Assembly (NCBI GenBank): GCA_035285545.1
Contig: JAYKGY010000067.1
Span: 1-54,574 of the forward strand
Reading direction: 5' to 3'
From: Snowella sp.
Lineage (GTDB): Bacteria; Cyanobacteriota; Cyanobacteriia; Cyanobacteriales; Microcystaceae
Length of the DNA: 54,574 nt
Shown here: positions 10,447-21,727 of the stretch, one piece after another
Layout: each line of letters opens with the position of its first letter
How positions within the stretch are numbered: the stretch's first letter is position 1
The notes under the pieces: generated by a model
Told to the model about the DNA's origin: nothing
The model's input: only the letters and a program-made list of their open reading frames with translations
The model's database searches: none
Made by a program: the position numbers and the translations under genes

Positions 10447-10743
10447 TTAAGGGCGTTTTTCGTAATGAGAGCAATCTTCACAGGGACCACTGGGATTGAT
10501 GGCACACCGTAAATAGGGAGATTTCGCATTGTTGCGGCAACTAATATCTCCAATGGCATCTTGATAGGTTTCGTCAGGAATCGGCAAAAAATGACTATCT
10601 CGATGGATACGCCGTCGATAGTGGTTGAGGACTCGAATTCGTCTCATTTGCTCATTAAACCGTCGCTTTGCCCTACGAATGAGAAAAAAAGACAGCAAAG
10701 CCGGAAGTACGGCGGCAAGTAGGAGCAGAATAAACTCTATCAC
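10447..10743 (-). CDS. DUF6464-like cyanobacterial protein
   Basis: N-terminal TM and IGDISCRNNAKSPYLRCAINPSGPCEDC motif. Confidence 0.7.
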   Translation of the reverse strand: MIEFILLLLAAVLPALLSFFLIRRAKRRFNEQMRRIRVLNHYRRRIHRDSHFLPIPDETYQDAIGDISCRNNAKSPYLRCAINPSGPCEDCSHYEKRP

Positions 10744-10939
10744 GGAGTGAACCTAATCAAATCAATCGTTTCAAGCAGACTTAAGGAGCTAAGCCGTGTA
10801 ATTACTCTTAATTTTATAAAATTTGCTAAGCATCGGCTGTAACAATCTTGCCAATTCAAATCACCCAAGGGAGCCACTAGCACCATGTAGTCTCTTGGGT
10901 GAATGCATCTTATCAAGATCTCAAGCCTTAAGCCATGAT

Positions 10940-11527
10940 TTAAGCAGACTCTTCGCCATTCTTACGCGGTTGGATGACACCATAGCCGCCATGATTACGA
11001 ACATAGATGACGTTGATCTCATCTGTATCTTTGTTACGGAACATATAGAAATCATGATCGACTAATTGCAGTTGTTCCCAGGCTTCTTCAATAGAAATCG
11101 ACGGAATGGCAAAATATTTCATTCGGACATTTTCCGTGGGCAACGCCGCCGTGCGATCGCCGATGAGATCATTTTCCACTGGCTTTTCTTCGACAATCGA
11201 ACTGGTTTTAACGTGATGATGACTTTTATCGAGTAAACGCTCTTTATACTTGCGGAGTTGACGAGCAATTTTATCTGCTACTAGGTCAATACTTGCGTAG
11301 AGATTTTCACTGCCTTCCTGGGCCCGAATCACCGCACCATTGGCATAAACGGTCACTTCTGCTTTGTGTTTGTCGGCAATGCGGGCGTTGCGAGCGACAG
11401 AGAGATGAACATCAATTTTGGTTGTTATTCCTTGAAAATGTTTAACAGCTTTCTCAATTTTTTCTTCCACATAATTGTGAATTGCATCGGTAACGGTGAT
11501 ATTATTGCCTTGAATTAACAGCTTCAT
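10940..11527 (-). CDS. lrtA: Ribosome hibernation promoting factor (long HPF/LrtA)
   Basis: [43 protein letters not shown]. Confidence 0.96.
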   Translation of the reverse strand: MKLLIQGNNITVTDAIHNYVEEKIEKAVKHFQGITTKIDVHLSVARNARIADKHKAEVTVYANGAVIRAQEGSENLYASIDLVADKIARQLRKYKERLLDKSHHHVKTSSIVEEKPVENDLIGDRTAALPTENVRMKYFAIPSISIEEAWEQLQLVDHDFYMFRNKDTDEINVIYVRNHGGYGVIQPRKNGEESA

Positions 11528-11937
11528 ACTGAATTCTCCCTACTCAATTTAATGGTAAATGCTGTATAAATCGAAAAAAATAGACCAGATCCAAGGAATT
11601 ATTAATCAATGATAATTAAGTCTTGATAGAAATAATCCGTGAATAAAAAACTTAATATTGGGGTGGATTCATTCTAATGAACGACCTCTTGATAAAATGG
11701 TCAAATGCCTGTTGTGTAAATTTGTTAAAAAAGATACAGGTCTTTGGGGTAACTTTACACTTGAGAGGAACTGTAGCGTTATGGGAAGCTCGCCTCAAGA
11801 TCATTTTCTCCTTCGTCTTAATTCATTTGTTACTTTTAGATTAGCACTTTGTATTTGCTACCACATAGTCTTGAGTAAGCATTTTTATTTTCCTTTGCAT
11901 CTCTTTACATTTCTTAAGTTAAAGTCGCAGACAATCA

Positions 11938-12606
11938 ATGTCATTGGTTATTCCTTCCCGCCCAACACCAAGGGTTTGCCGATTAGAACAATTAGGCTGC
12001 GTTCCCTATCAGCAAGCCTGGGATTATCAGCGATCGCTGGTTGCCGAGCGACAAGTTGATTCTAGTTTAGAAGATGTGTTGTTATTGCTGGAACATCCGC
12101 CGGTTTATACCTTAGGAACCGGATCGAGCGTTGACTTTCTCAAATTCGACCCAACAGATACCAGTTATGAACTACACCGCATCGAACGGGGGGGGGAGGT
12201 CACCTATCATTGCCCTGGCCAGTTAGTTGGTTATCCTATTTTGAACTTACGCCACTATCAACAGGATTTACATTGGTATTTACGCTCGTTAGAGGAAGTC
12301 ATTCTCCAAGTGCTTTACGCTTATAACTTACCGGCTCAACGAATAGATGGCTTAACGGGGGTTTGGGTTGAAGGATGCAAAGTTGCCGCCATTGGCATTA
12401 AAGTCAGCCGTTGGATCACCATGCACGGTTTTTCCCTTAATGTTTGCCCTGATTTGCAAGGATTCACTCGTATTGTCCCCTGTGGGATTTCCGATAAACC
12501 CGTCGGCAGTTTAGTACAATTTTTGCCCGACATTACCTTGCAACAAGTTCAAGCGGATATTATTGAAACATTCGCCCAAGTTTTTCAGGTAAATCTATTA
12601 AAATAA
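11938..12606 (+). CDS. lipB: Lipoyl(octanoyl) transferase
   Basis: [44 protein letters not shown]. Confidence 0.96.
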   Translation: MSLVIPSRPTPRVCRLEQLGCVPYQQAWDYQRSLVAERQVDSSLEDVLLLLEHPPVYTLGTGSSVDFLKFDPTDTSYELHRIERGGEVTYHCPGQLVGYPILNLRHYQQDLHWYLRSLEEVILQVLYAYNLPAQRIDGLTGVWVEGCKVAAIGIKVSRWITMHGFSLNVCPDLQGFTRIVPCGISDKPVGSLVQFLPDITLQQVQADIIETFAQVFQVNLLK

Positions 12607-12635
12607 GTCAACCAATTAAAGCCGATAATCAAGCT

Positions 12636-12893
12636 TTAAAACATTTCATCATCCGGCAAGCTATCCATTTCAGCCGCAATTAAATCCTGAAAATCCTCTC
12701 CACAATGAGCGTTTAAATGAATCGTAACGGCTAATAGCTCTGCTAAAATTTCCGATTGTTGTTTTGCACTCAGAGAGGGAGATTGAAGCTGATGAATGAG
12801 CGCGATCGCGTTTTGGCATTCTGAACCTAATTCTAAAATCAAGGTACTAAGCGTCGAACTTTTGAGAGGCAGCGATCGGTCTTGAACTTGCAT
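12636..12893 (-). CDS. Hypothetical protein
   Basis: 85-aa ORF co-oriented with neighbours, 9 bp after the upstream ORF. Confidence 0.6.
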   Translation of the reverse strand: MQVQDRSLPLKSSTLSTLILELGSECQNAIALIHQLQSPSLSAKQQSEILAELLAVTIHLNAHCGEDFQDLIAAEMDSLPDDEMF

Positions 12894-12902
12894 AGATTAT
12901 CT

Positions 12903-13193
12903 TTAACGACGATGATTTTCTTTCGTTAAAGTGGGTAAGGGAGACCGAGAAGAAGCGGGAGGTAAGTAACGTCTAGGGGATTGTTGAAGCGCGATCGCGT
13001 CTGCTGCCTTTTGAGATTGCCACCAACGGATTCCCCCTGCCACCAACGCCGTTACCACACCTAATGACAATAAACTCCATCTTTCACCCACACCTCCAAT
13101 TACCACATCGACCGCTGCCACGATCAGAATAAAGCTAGAAATGGGTTCTTTACGATAGGCAACTTTAACAAATCGAGGCAATAGGGGACTCAT
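12903..13193 (-). CDS. Small membrane protein
   Basis: YRKEPISSF motif plus two hydrophobic segments. Confidence 0.7.
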   Translation of the reverse strand: MSPLLPRFVKVAYRKEPISSFILIVAAVDVVIGGVGERWSLLSLGVVTALVAGGIRWWQSQKAADAIALQQSPRRYLPPASSRSPLPTLTKENHRR

Positions 13194-13324
13194 ATTTATG
13201 TATATCAGCATGAAATAACTGGGGCGATTTTTCTGCCGTCACTTAACCATTGGCCAAGCAGAGAAAAACCTACCCCCATTTTATAGCAGTTTTTTGGGAG
13301 ATGCGGAATAGCTCAAACTTCACT

Positions 13325-14614
13325 CTAAAGGGTTAAGGATTGAGGATTCGTTTCAATTAAGGTTGCCAAATCCTGTAAGAATGCAGCCGCGTGAGCACCG
13401 TAAATAACCCGATGGTCACAGGTGATATTGACCGTCATTTGTCGTTTTAATCCAAATAAACCATTATCTGTCGCAACCACTTGGGGACGAGACGCACCGA
13501 TCGCTAAAATACTGCCTTGACCTGGCGGCAAAATGGCATCGAAACGATCCACCCCAAACATTCCTAAATTAGAAATGGTAAAAGTTCCTGTGCTGTATTC
13601 ATCGGGTTGTAATTGTTTAGCCCGCGCCCGTTCTACTAACTCTTTCCAACGACGGGAAAGGGAATAGAGATCCACTTGATCCGCATTTTGTAAAACAGGG
13701 GTAATTAATCCCCCATCGGGCATGGCGACGGCTAGGGCAATATTGATAGCACTGGGATAATGAATTCCTTTATCGGTGTAATTCGCATTTAACACCGGAT
13801 GTTTTTTCAAAGCCACCGCAACCGCTTTCGCCAACAGAGCCGTCATGGTTACGCCCTTAGATTTGACCTGTTTATACAGATGATCGAGGGCATCGGTGGT
13901 CATGGTATAACCTACGCGGAAGGTGGGAGCCTGCATCGAGGCCACCATATTTTGCACTAAGGCTTTTTGGAAGGTGCTGAGGGGAACCGTTTCACCCGCT
14001 ATCGGAGCACTGGGCGCGGCGGCGGCAATCGGTTGAGGCGTTGGAGCAGCAACAGGCGTTTGAGGTTGCGTGAATACCGTTGCGGGGGCAGGAGTTGGGG
14101 TTTTGCCAGCAGCTTTTTCCACATCTTCGGCTACGATCCGACCGTGAGGGCCACTTCCTTTAATACCAGCTAAATCAATTTTTAATTCTTTAGCGAGTTT
14201 TTTCGCCAGGGGGGAAGCAATTAATCGACCACTGCCATTACTGCTTGCGGCTGTTGTAATCGGTGTTGGGGTTTCTGCGACTGGGGCAGATTCTGGTTGG
14301 TTAGCGGGAGCCGTTGTTTGAGGAGTAGGTTCTGTCTGAGCCTTACCCTGTTGTTTGGCAATTTCGATTTCGGCTTCGGTTTCGGCAATAAGCGCGATCG
14401 CGGCTCCGACGGGAGCTTCATTACCAGCTTCGACTAAAATGGTCGCTAAATAGCCATCATAAAACGATTCCACATCCATATCCGCCTTATCGGATTCAAC
14501 GACTAATACCGTTTCCCCTTTAGAAACTTTGTCACCAGGAGATTTAACCCAAGAAACAATTTTTCCTTCCGTCATCGTTGAACTGAGGGCTGGCATGAAG
14601 ATATCGTGAATCAT
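13325..14614 (-). CDS. pdhC: Pyruvate dehydrogenase E2, dihydrolipoamide acetyltransferase
   Basis: Lipoyl domain ESDKADM, E3-binding GSGPHGRI, catalytic DHRVIYG. Confidence 0.97.
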   Translation of the reverse strand: MIHDIFMPALSSTMTEGKIVSWVKSPGDKVSKGETVLVVESDKADMDVESFYDGYLATILVEAGNEAPVGAAIALIAETEAEIEIAKQQGKAQTEPTPQTTAPANQPESAPVAETPTPITTAASSNGSGRLIASPLAKKLAKELKIDLAGIKGSGPHGRIVAEDVEKAAGKTPTPAPATVFTQPQTPVAAPTPQPIAAAAPSAPIAGETVPLSTFQKALVQNMVASMQAPTFRVGYTMTTDALDHLYKQVKSKGVTMTALLAKAVAVALKKHPVLNANYTDKGIHYPSAINIALAVAMPDGGLITPVLQNADQVDLYSLSRRWKELVERARAKQLQPDEYSTGTFTISNLGMFGVDRFDAILPPGQGSILAIGASRPQVVATDNGLFGLKRQMTVNITCDHRVIYGAHAAAFLQDLATLIETNPQSLTL

Positions 14615-14684
14615 GGTGGGATGTCTCTATAAAGATTAATGTAAGGAAACTAAAGCCAGGTTGAATTTTGACACATAACAGTAA

Positions 14685-14960
14685 TTATGACAAATGAAAT
14701 CTATACCCAGCCGAAGAGAGAGGGCGGGCAAGGGAAGAATTCTCCCAGCCAGCTTTGAGGTGTTTAGCCTGAATACCACAACGAGTCGGACTCTCTTGGC
14801 GTATCAAGTTGAGTGTCAAATGAGGTACTAAGGCTAAATTCTTAGGTGCATGGTCTTTGCGAATCCGAGAAGCATCTTCATTGAACGCCCCATCTACAAC
14901 CCAATGCACTTGATTCTCAATCCCCCAATGACTACGCACAGCCCGTGCAAGTTGTAACAA
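14685..14960 (-). pseudogene. ISAs1-family transposase C-terminal remnant
   Basis: AVRSHWGIENQVHWVVDGAFNEDASRIR (HWxIEN..HW..D..F.ED); only about 90 codons, no N-terminus. Confidence 0.85.
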
Positions 14961-15077
14961 GCTAAGGCTCTTTTTTGGAGATCAGGAGAATGCGTTACTA
15001 TATTTTCGCTTTCTCTTGTTTTTAACGCAAGGGGCTGTCTGTTAATCGATGATTCTAACGAAAAAGTTGAGCTTTCC

Positions 15078-18000
15078 TTAATTTTTACTGATTTGTTGTT
15101 TAATCCAATCCAAAATGGCTTCTACTAACTGGGGATCTTGAGGCGAGAAATTGGGTAAGGGGTGATCGGCTTGATCGCTAATGATGGCGATGTTTCCTTG
15201 AAAACTATTTAATTTGTCTAAGAATTCGGACGGGAAAGGCTCGCAGTTGTGAGCGGAATGATCAAATAACCAAATATAGGTTTTTTCCATCTGGTTACGT
15301 TGTAATAATCGCCAATAGAGACGTAATTTCGCTAAATTATTGGGAATACCGTTTTCAAAGTCGGGGCAGTTTTGGGCCAACATTTGATCATAAATATCAA
15401 TAACGGGATCATCCGGCTCTAGGAACTGACTACAATCAATCCAAATCAGTGTGATTAGGGATGCAAGGGGGGCATTGGCGGCGATCGCCTGGGTTACGCT
15501 TTGCTGAAGACTGATAAGGGGGAGTTCTTTGGGGCTTGTCCAGTCGGAAGCAATCGCGGATAGGGGATCTTGAGCATTGGCCGGGGCGGCATCGATGGGT
15601 AACTGATACCAAGCTTGATAAAAGGTTTCATAGGAGAGATGTTGAGCGCAGTACCAAAAAACGGCATACACGGCCATATCCTGTTTTAAGCCTTTGTTAA
15701 GTAGGGCATCTTTTAAGGGATGGATAATCAAGGGAATCAATTTAGGGGAAAGAATTTTAATGAGATTTTCAGCAATTTCGGTACGAAGACTGGTATCGGT
15801 CTGAATGCGTAACAAATCCATCAAGGTTTGGCAGGCTTCCCGATTGCCGACGGCGATTTCCCCTAAACTTTGAACGGTGGCTCGTCGGGTTTCTTTATCG
15901 GCGGTAATCAGGGCTGTACGAATTAAGGCGGCGATCGCGGCGGCATTATTCATCCCAATTGCACCGAGACTCCTGGCCGATAAACGACGGACATCGGAAT
16001 TAGAACTATTTTGCATTAAGTGAATTAGGGTCATTAAGGCTTCTAAATTGCCCGAATCGATTTTGCCTAAACTGGCGGCAGCTTGCCGTTGGATAAATTC
16101 GTCTTCATTTTTCTTGAGTAATTGCCCCAGAACAGCGATCGCGGTGGGATTGCCAGGATCTAACTTACCCAAACTTTCTGCGGCCTCTTGATAAATTTCA
16201 CCATCCCGATTGGATTCGATAACGTGAACCAGCATTTTCAGCAACGTTGGATTGGTGGGATCAATTTTCGCCAGCGCGTCCATGACCTCTTTGATTAGCC
16301 AGCCGGTTTCTTTTAGGGGAAGATTATCTTGGGATTCTTCAATAAAAGCCGCAAACGCTTGAATCACGGCCGCATTTCCCTGCCCAATTTTAGTAAGACT
16401 ACTAACAGCTAACCAGGCAATAAAAATATCCTCATCCGTTTCTAATAAATGAATTAAGGCCGCAATGACTGGGGTGGATGTTCCCGTAATTTCTCCGAGA
16501 CTATAAATGGCTTGTTTGCGAACTTCGAGGGATTGGCTAGGGCCGATCAGATGTAACAAAACCGAGATCGCGGTAGGGTTGCCTGGGTCAATTTTTTCTA
16601 AACTTTCCGCCGTTTGACAGCGCAGAGAGCTTTCTCGATAGACCCGAAATCGTTGCAGCAAAGACGCGATCGCGAGGGCATTTCCTTTTGCAATCTGTTG
16701 TAAACATTTAAGAGCTTGCTTTTGTTGATTGGCTGTGACGTTCGCCCCTAAAAAGTCTAAGACTGCTGCGATCACTGGCTCATTGCCCTGAGCAATCTTA
16801 CTTAAGCCCGACAAGGCTAACTGACAGGCTTCTTCTTGTTGGGGGTCAGCTAAGGTTTGCAAAAAAACGGCAATGGCTTCGGGGTTTCCGGTATCCACGA
16901 ATCCCAAAGTTTCGGCAATGATAAAACGATGGGGGGACTGACGCTCTAAGGTGCTTAACTTTTCGGTCAATCCGGCGATCGCGGCCTTATCGGCTCGACC
17001 AAATTGGGTTAAATCGTCACAAATGACTTGATACTCGGCTTTGCTTTGGGCCGTTTTAAGTTTGGTTAACAATAAATCCACTACCAACGGACGGTAAGTT
17101 TGGGTTAAGATCATTTTCGCGCTTTGTTTAAAGGCAGAAGCCTCCACATTTTTCCCTTCACTCCAATTTTTGACCTGGGTTAAGAGTGCGTAACGATAGC
17201 CCGATTCTTGAAATTCATTGAGTAATTGGGTGGCTAAAAAAAAGGCCCGTTTTCCGTAGAAATTATGTTCACTAAAATGGTCTTCAAAGGTCATTAAGGC
17301 TTTAATTAATGCATCTTTTTCAGTTGCTTCAATATCGGAACGTCCTATCCAAAAAGTCAGAACCTTCTGCCATTGGGGATCAAAGATACGATAGGATTTC
17401 TGGGTAACATCTAAAAAGAAATGCCAATCGGCGATCGCGGTTGCGGCAAAATAATCTCGAAAGCTGCGATCAAAAAATCCATAATAACTTTTGAGAAGGG
17501 ATTGGAGTTTTTCTTCAGGGAATACCGACGAAACATAGCGAATTCCCCTGGGAAGCAACCAGCCTAATTGCAACGATGAGCGCAGATAGGGCATTTCCTC
17601 TCCCCAACAGGTCGCAATGTCGGTTTGGGAAATGGGTTGAGTGTAGCCCTGATGATTTAACAGTAAGTGTTTAGCCAATTCTCCCAATTGGTGATTGAGG
17701 TCTTGTTGGTGTTGGGAGGAAATCGTCAGTTGTTCGGCTTTCCATTGATAAAACTGTTTGAGTAATTGCTCATACAAGCCCGCACTCGTTTTCGGAAAAA
17801 TTTGGGGCCGTTCTTGCCAAAATCGACAACACAGCACAAGGCGCAGGGGATTGGTTAACCAGGGACGCAGGGGGGCTTTGCCCGATTCGGCCAGAATTTG
17901 ACAAAGTTGCTTGCCTAAATCTTCTGAAACAGGAGAGTGTTCTAAATCAATAGTTTCTAAGGTTTTTTTGTTGGTCTTAAACCAATTCTGGATGGTTGCT

Positions 18001-18869
18001 TCGACTTCCTCTGGATAGGCTAGGGCACGGGTCTGGTAACGATCAAAACCGGCAAGCCCCTTGCTATCCAATTGATGGGTTTCCTGCCGACAGGTCACAA
18101 TGACATTAATCGGTTCTGACCAATCCCGCAGCGATCGCTGAAACACCGAAAGGGCACTATTTTCCTCTCGAATCTCCGGTTCCAATGTCCAAAAATCAAT
18201 GCCATCTACCAACAGCCAAACCTGACCCGTATTCAGCAATTGCTTAAAATCCCGTTGACATTGTTCGAGATCCTGTTCTTCTCCCTTCGTGGCTTGCTCT
18301 AACCAAGGGCCGAGTAAATAATCCTGAAGAGACAAGGTTTTTAATCGTTCGGGGGTAATCCAAATGGGAAAATAACTATCTTGGGGAAAAGCAACCGTCG
18401 CTGACCCATTCAGATTCTTGTCTTGACCCTTCCCGTTCTGCTGAAATACAGAAGATTCAGTACAGTGATTCAGTAAAGCCTGGGCAACATACTGTAAAAA
18501 GCGGGTTTTCCCCGTTCCTCCTTCTCCGATGATGGCGAAACGTTTCCCTTGAGAACTGGGTAGCTCAAATTCCAATAATTTCTCAACAAATTGATCCGGC
18601 GTATAACCCAGGGATTCTTCCGGCAAAGTCTCGGTTTTAGCGGTTTTAGAACGATTAGCCACCCGAAAATCCCGCTGACGAGTTGAAAAAATTTTTAAGT
18701 AAGGAGGCCAGCCTTGGTTAACCAGCCTCAAGCCGCCAGGTTGAGTATTCACAGAATCTAACGGCAGGGATTGTTCTAACATTTTCTGACAAATCGACTG
18801 CCAGTTAGGAGACGAATTCACAGACGCATGACGTTGCTCAAATTCCGAAATAACACCTTGTTCAGCCAT
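15078..18869 (-). CDS. NACHT NTPase with HEAT-like repeats
   Basis: Walker A GEGGTGKT, Walker B WLLVDGID, NPLRL, SFRDYFAA, repeated AESLGKIDPGN units. Confidence 0.85.
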   Translation of the reverse strand: MAEQGVISEFEQRHASVNSSPNWQSICQKMLEQSLPLDSVNTQPGGLRLVNQGWPPYLKIFSTRQRDFRVANRSKTAKTETLPEESLGYTPDQFVEKLLEFELPSSQGKRFAIIGEGGTGKTRFLQYVAQALLNHCTESSVFQQNGKGQDKNLNGSATVAFPQDSYFPIWITPERLKTLSLQDYLLGPWLEQATKGEEQDLEQCQRDFKQLLNTGQVWLLVDGIDFWTLEPEIREENSALSVFQRSLRDWSEPINVIVTCRQETHQLDSKGLAGFDRYQTRALAYPEEVEATIQNWFKTNKKTLETIDLEHSPVSEDLGKQLCQILAESGKAPLRPWLTNPLRLVLCCRFWQERPQIFPKTSAGLYEQLLKQFYQWKAEQLTISSQHQQDLNHQLGELAKHLLLNHQGYTQPISQTDIATCWGEEMPYLRSSLQLGWLLPRGIRYVSSVFPEEKLQSLLKSYYGFFDRSFRDYFAATAIADWHFFLDVTQKSYRIFDPQWQKVLTFWIGRSDIEATEKDALIKALMTFEDHFSEHNFYGKRAFFLATQLLNEFQESGYRYALLTQVKNWSEGKNVEASAFKQSAKMILTQTYRPLVVDLLLTKLKTAQSKAEYQVICDDLTQFGRADKAAIAGLTEKLSTLERQSPHRFIIAETLGFVDTGNPEAIAVFLQTLADPQQEEACQLALSGLSKIAQGNEPVIAAVLDFLGANVTANQQKQALKCLQQIAKGNALAIASLLQRFRVYRESSLRCQTAESLEKIDPGNPTAISVLLHLIGPSQSLEVRKQAIYSLGEITGTSTPVIAALIHLLETDEDIFIAWLAVSSLTKIGQGNAAVIQAFAAFIEESQDNLPLKETGWLIKEVMDALAKIDPTNPTLLKMLVHVIESNRDGEIYQEAAESLGKLDPGNPTAIAVLGQLLKKNEDEFIQRQAAASLGKIDSGNLEALMTLIHLMQNSSNSDVRRLSARSLGAIGMNNAAAIAALIRTALITADKETRRATVQSLGEIAVGNREACQTLMDLLRIQTDTSLRTEIAENLIKILSPKLIPLIIHPLKDALLNKGLKQDMAVYAVFWYCAQHLSYETFYQAWYQLPIDAAPANAQDPLSAIASDWTSPKELPLISLQQSVTQAIAANAPLASLITLIWIDCSQFLEPDDPVIDIYDQMLAQNCPDFENGIPNNLAKLRLYWRLLQRNQMEKTYIWLFDHSAHNCEPFPSEFLDKLNSFQGNIAIISDQADHPLPNFSPQDPQLVEAILDWIKQQISKN

Positions 18870-19150
18870 GATTTCTGCCCTTTGCCAACACCATTACCAT
18901 TGGCACCCTAAAATACCGTGCTTAAAACAGCTTAAACACCCCTGCGCCCAAACCGTTTTCCCACTTTTACTGTATCAAACTCGGCTAACCTCTGCCTCCG
19001 TTATTTCGCTTAAATATCGTGACATTTGGCTTTACTTCAATAGGGTCGTCATCTCCACTGGTTAAAGGCTTCTCCCGTTATTTTTTTAGGGTGATCAAGG
19101 AAAATTTGGTCGCGATCGCCCTCTCTAAACAAAGGCTAGGCGTTAAAAGT

Positions 19151-19945
19151 TTAGGCATTTTTTAAGACACTTTTTTCATTAAAGACGCGAATTAAAGTCC
19201 CACTTTTGGGTAAGTCCTTGCGGTTTACGGTCATTTGATTCCCGTTAATAAAACTGACATTCATCCCCTCCACCAGGTTCAAAAAGTTTTTGACTGGCAG
19301 CAAATTACACGTCTTTTTATCGGCCGCACTGGTCAGGTATTGGGTCGGAACCATGATTTTCGGATTAACCGTGAGCATGGCCTGTTTGGCTTCTTCAGGG
19401 GTATAAATTTTATCCCCACCACCGACAGGAATAAAGGCAATATCTGGGCTTCCCAATAAAATTTTGGCTTCATCGGAAATGGGAGTGACGGCTCCGCCTA
19501 AATGGGCCACTCGAATTCCGCCTTGAGTCCAACGCCAGGCTACATTGGTTCCAAAGCGATTACCACCAACGCGATCGTGGGGCGCACCAATCCCCTGAAA
19601 TTTTAAGCCCTTAATTTCATAAACCCCTGGTTCAAACAAGATTTTCGGATTGCCAGGGAGTCCTTCGGCGGCTCCTTCATCCCACAGTTGACTACTAATT
19701 AAAACAATATCGGCTTGAACTCTGGGTAAGCGATAGCCTGCGGTACAGCCCAAGGTGCGAAAGGGATTGACTAAAATTCTGGTGCCGCCTCCCGAAAACA
19801 AAAAAGCACTGTGACCTAACCATTGCACCGAAAGGGATTGATTAGCGGATTGGGCTAAGGTGGTGCGGAAGGCGGAAGTTCCGATGGTGCCTACGGTTGC
19901 CAGCACACTTGCCCCGGTGTAGCGAATGAGTTCTCTGCGTTTCAT
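19151..19945 (-). CDS. Exported metallo-beta-lactamase-fold protein
   Basis: MKRRELI twin-arginine leader; WLGHSAFLF, AHLGG. Confidence 0.8.
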   Translation of the reverse strand: MKRRELIRYTGASVLATVGTIGTSAFRTTLAQSANQSLSVQWLGHSAFLFSGGGTRILVNPFRTLGCTAGYRLPRVQADIVLISSQLWDEGAAEGLPGNPKILFEPGVYEIKGLKFQGIGAPHDRVGGNRFGTNVAWRWTQGGIRVAHLGGAVTPISDEAKILLGSPDIAFIPVGGGDKIYTPEEAKQAMLTVNPKIMVPTQYLTSAADKKTCNLLPVKNFLNLVEGMNVSFINGNQMTVNRKDLPKSGTLIRVFNEKSVLKNA

Positions 19946-20030
19946 CGGCTTTTTTAACAATAACCCCTTTTAAAATTTCACAATTCTAAGATAATACAGG
20001 ATAGTTACTAGACTGAGGACGTAAAAACGG

Positions 20031-21662
20031 ATGACCGAGAGCCTGTTTTCTGTAGAAAATTTATCCGTAGCCTATCCCCATGGCCAAACTTGGGCTGTTA
20101 ATAATGTTTCATTCCGATTGGAAAGGGGAGAAAAGTTAGGTTTGGTGGGAGAATCGGGCTGTGGAAAATCAACCCTCGGTCGCACGATTATGCGATTGTT
20201 ACCCGAAAATTCACGCCATCAGGGACAGGTTTTATTTGAAGGAAAATCCGTTTTAGACCTCAATGGGGAAGATTTGCGGAAATTTCGCGGGGAAGTGGTG
20301 GCGTTAGTGTTTCAAGACCCCATGACCCGTTTAGATCCGTTGATGACGATTGGGGATCATTGTTTAGAAACGTTGATGGCGCACCAACCCTGGCTTTCTC
20401 GCCATGCGGCTAAAAATGAAGCGTTACAGACCTTAGAACGGGTCAAAATTGCGGGCGATCGCTGGAGTCAGTATCCCCATGAATTTAGCGGTGGAATGCG
20501 GCAACGGGTGGCAATGGCCTTGGCGTTATTGCTGAAACCGAAAATGATTGTGGCCGATGAACCGACGACCAGTTTAGACGTAACCGTAGCGGCAGAAATT
20601 TTGCAGGAATTAACACGCCTTTGTGAAGAAGACGAGATGGGATTGATCTTGATTTCCCATGATTTGGCAATGGTGGGGGAATACTGCGATCGCCTGGCGG
20701 TGATGAATGCAGGGGAAATTGTGGAAATGGGAGAAATTAACTCAATTTTATATAACCCGCAACACGCCTATACCCAATCCTTGTTAGAAGCAGCTTTACA
20801 TATTCACCATCAACCCAATGAAGGCAATGTGGCTGATCGGAAGGTAGAAAAACCCTTATTAAAAATTAGTGATCTTAAACAATATTTCAGCTTAGAAGGC
20901 AATTTAATTCAGCAATTTTTTGTTAAAGAAAAATCATTTATTAAAGCCGTTGATGATATTAATTTTGATATTTATGCAGGGGAAAATTTAGGCTTAGTCG
21001 GGGAGTCGGGCTGTGGCAAAAGTACCCTATCCCGAACCATTTTACAGTTATTGAAACCCACTTCTGGACAGGTGGAATTTGATGGCGTTGATCTGAGTAA
21101 ATTAACCGAATCCGAAATGCGTCAACAACGTCGCCAGATTCAAATGATTTTCCAAGATCCCCATGCCTGCCTTAATCCTATGATGACCATCGGGCAAAAT
21201 ATCGCCGATCCTTTGTTTATTCACCAGTTAGCCACCCCTGAAGAAGCAGAACAACAGGTCAAAGCCATGTTAGAACGGGTCAGATTAACGCCTGTAGAAG
21301 ATTATTATTACCGCTATCCCAGCGATCTCTCAGGAGGACAGCAACAACGGGTGGCGATCGCGCGAGCCTTAATTACAAAACCCAAATTGGTGATCTGTGA
21401 TGAACCCGTCAGTATGTTGGATGCCAGCGTACAAAGTCAGGTCTTGGATTTGATGCTAGAACTCAAAACGGTCTTTAATTTGACCTATTTATTTATTACC
21501 CATGACCTCTGGGTGGCCCGATTCTTCTGCGATCGCATTATGGTGATGAACAAAGGCAAGATCGTCGAGATCGGCGAAACCGAAAGCATCTTTACCAACC
21601 CTCAAGATCCCTATACACAAAAATTGCTTAGTGCAGCCCCTTTATTAGCAAAGGTTTCCTAA
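20031..21662 (+). CDS. Fused two-domain peptide/nickel ABC transporter ATP-binding protein
   Basis: Two GESGCGKST motifs; YPHEFSGGMRQR and LSGGQQQR. Confidence 0.92.
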   Translation: MTESLFSVENLSVAYPHGQTWAVNNVSFRLERGEKLGLVGESGCGKSTLGRTIMRLLPENSRHQGQVLFEGKSVLDLNGEDLRKFRGEVVALVFQDPMTRLDPLMTIGDHCLETLMAHQPWLSRHAAKNEALQTLERVKIAGDRWSQYPHEFSGGMRQRVAMALALLLKPKMIVADEPTTSLDVTVAAEILQELTRLCEEDEMGLILISHDLAMVGEYCDRLAVMNAGEIVEMGEINSILYNPQHAYTQSLLEAALHIHHQPNEGNVADRKVEKPLLKISDLKQYFSLEGNLIQQFFVKEKSFIKAVDDINFDIYAGENLGLVGESGCGKSTLSRTILQLLKPTSGQVEFDGVDLSKLTESEMRQQRRQIQMIFQDPHACLNPMMTIGQNIADPLFIHQLATPEEAEQQVKAMLERVRLTPVEDYYYRYPSDLSGGQQQRVAIARALITKPKLVICDEPVSMLDASVQSQVLDLMLELKTVFNLTYLFITHDLWVARFFCDRIMVMNKGKIVEIGETESIFTNPQDPYTQKLLSAAPLLAKVS

Positions 21663-21727
21663 AAGAACAAAACCTGATTAAGATATGTCATTAGTCAATA
21701 TTATTTTTGTTCATAAAGCGCGATCGC

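Noticed and set aside
11658..12059. 133-aa ORF upstream of lipB
   Set aside because: Overlaps lipB out of frame and spans the lrtA/lipB promoter region; not protein-like
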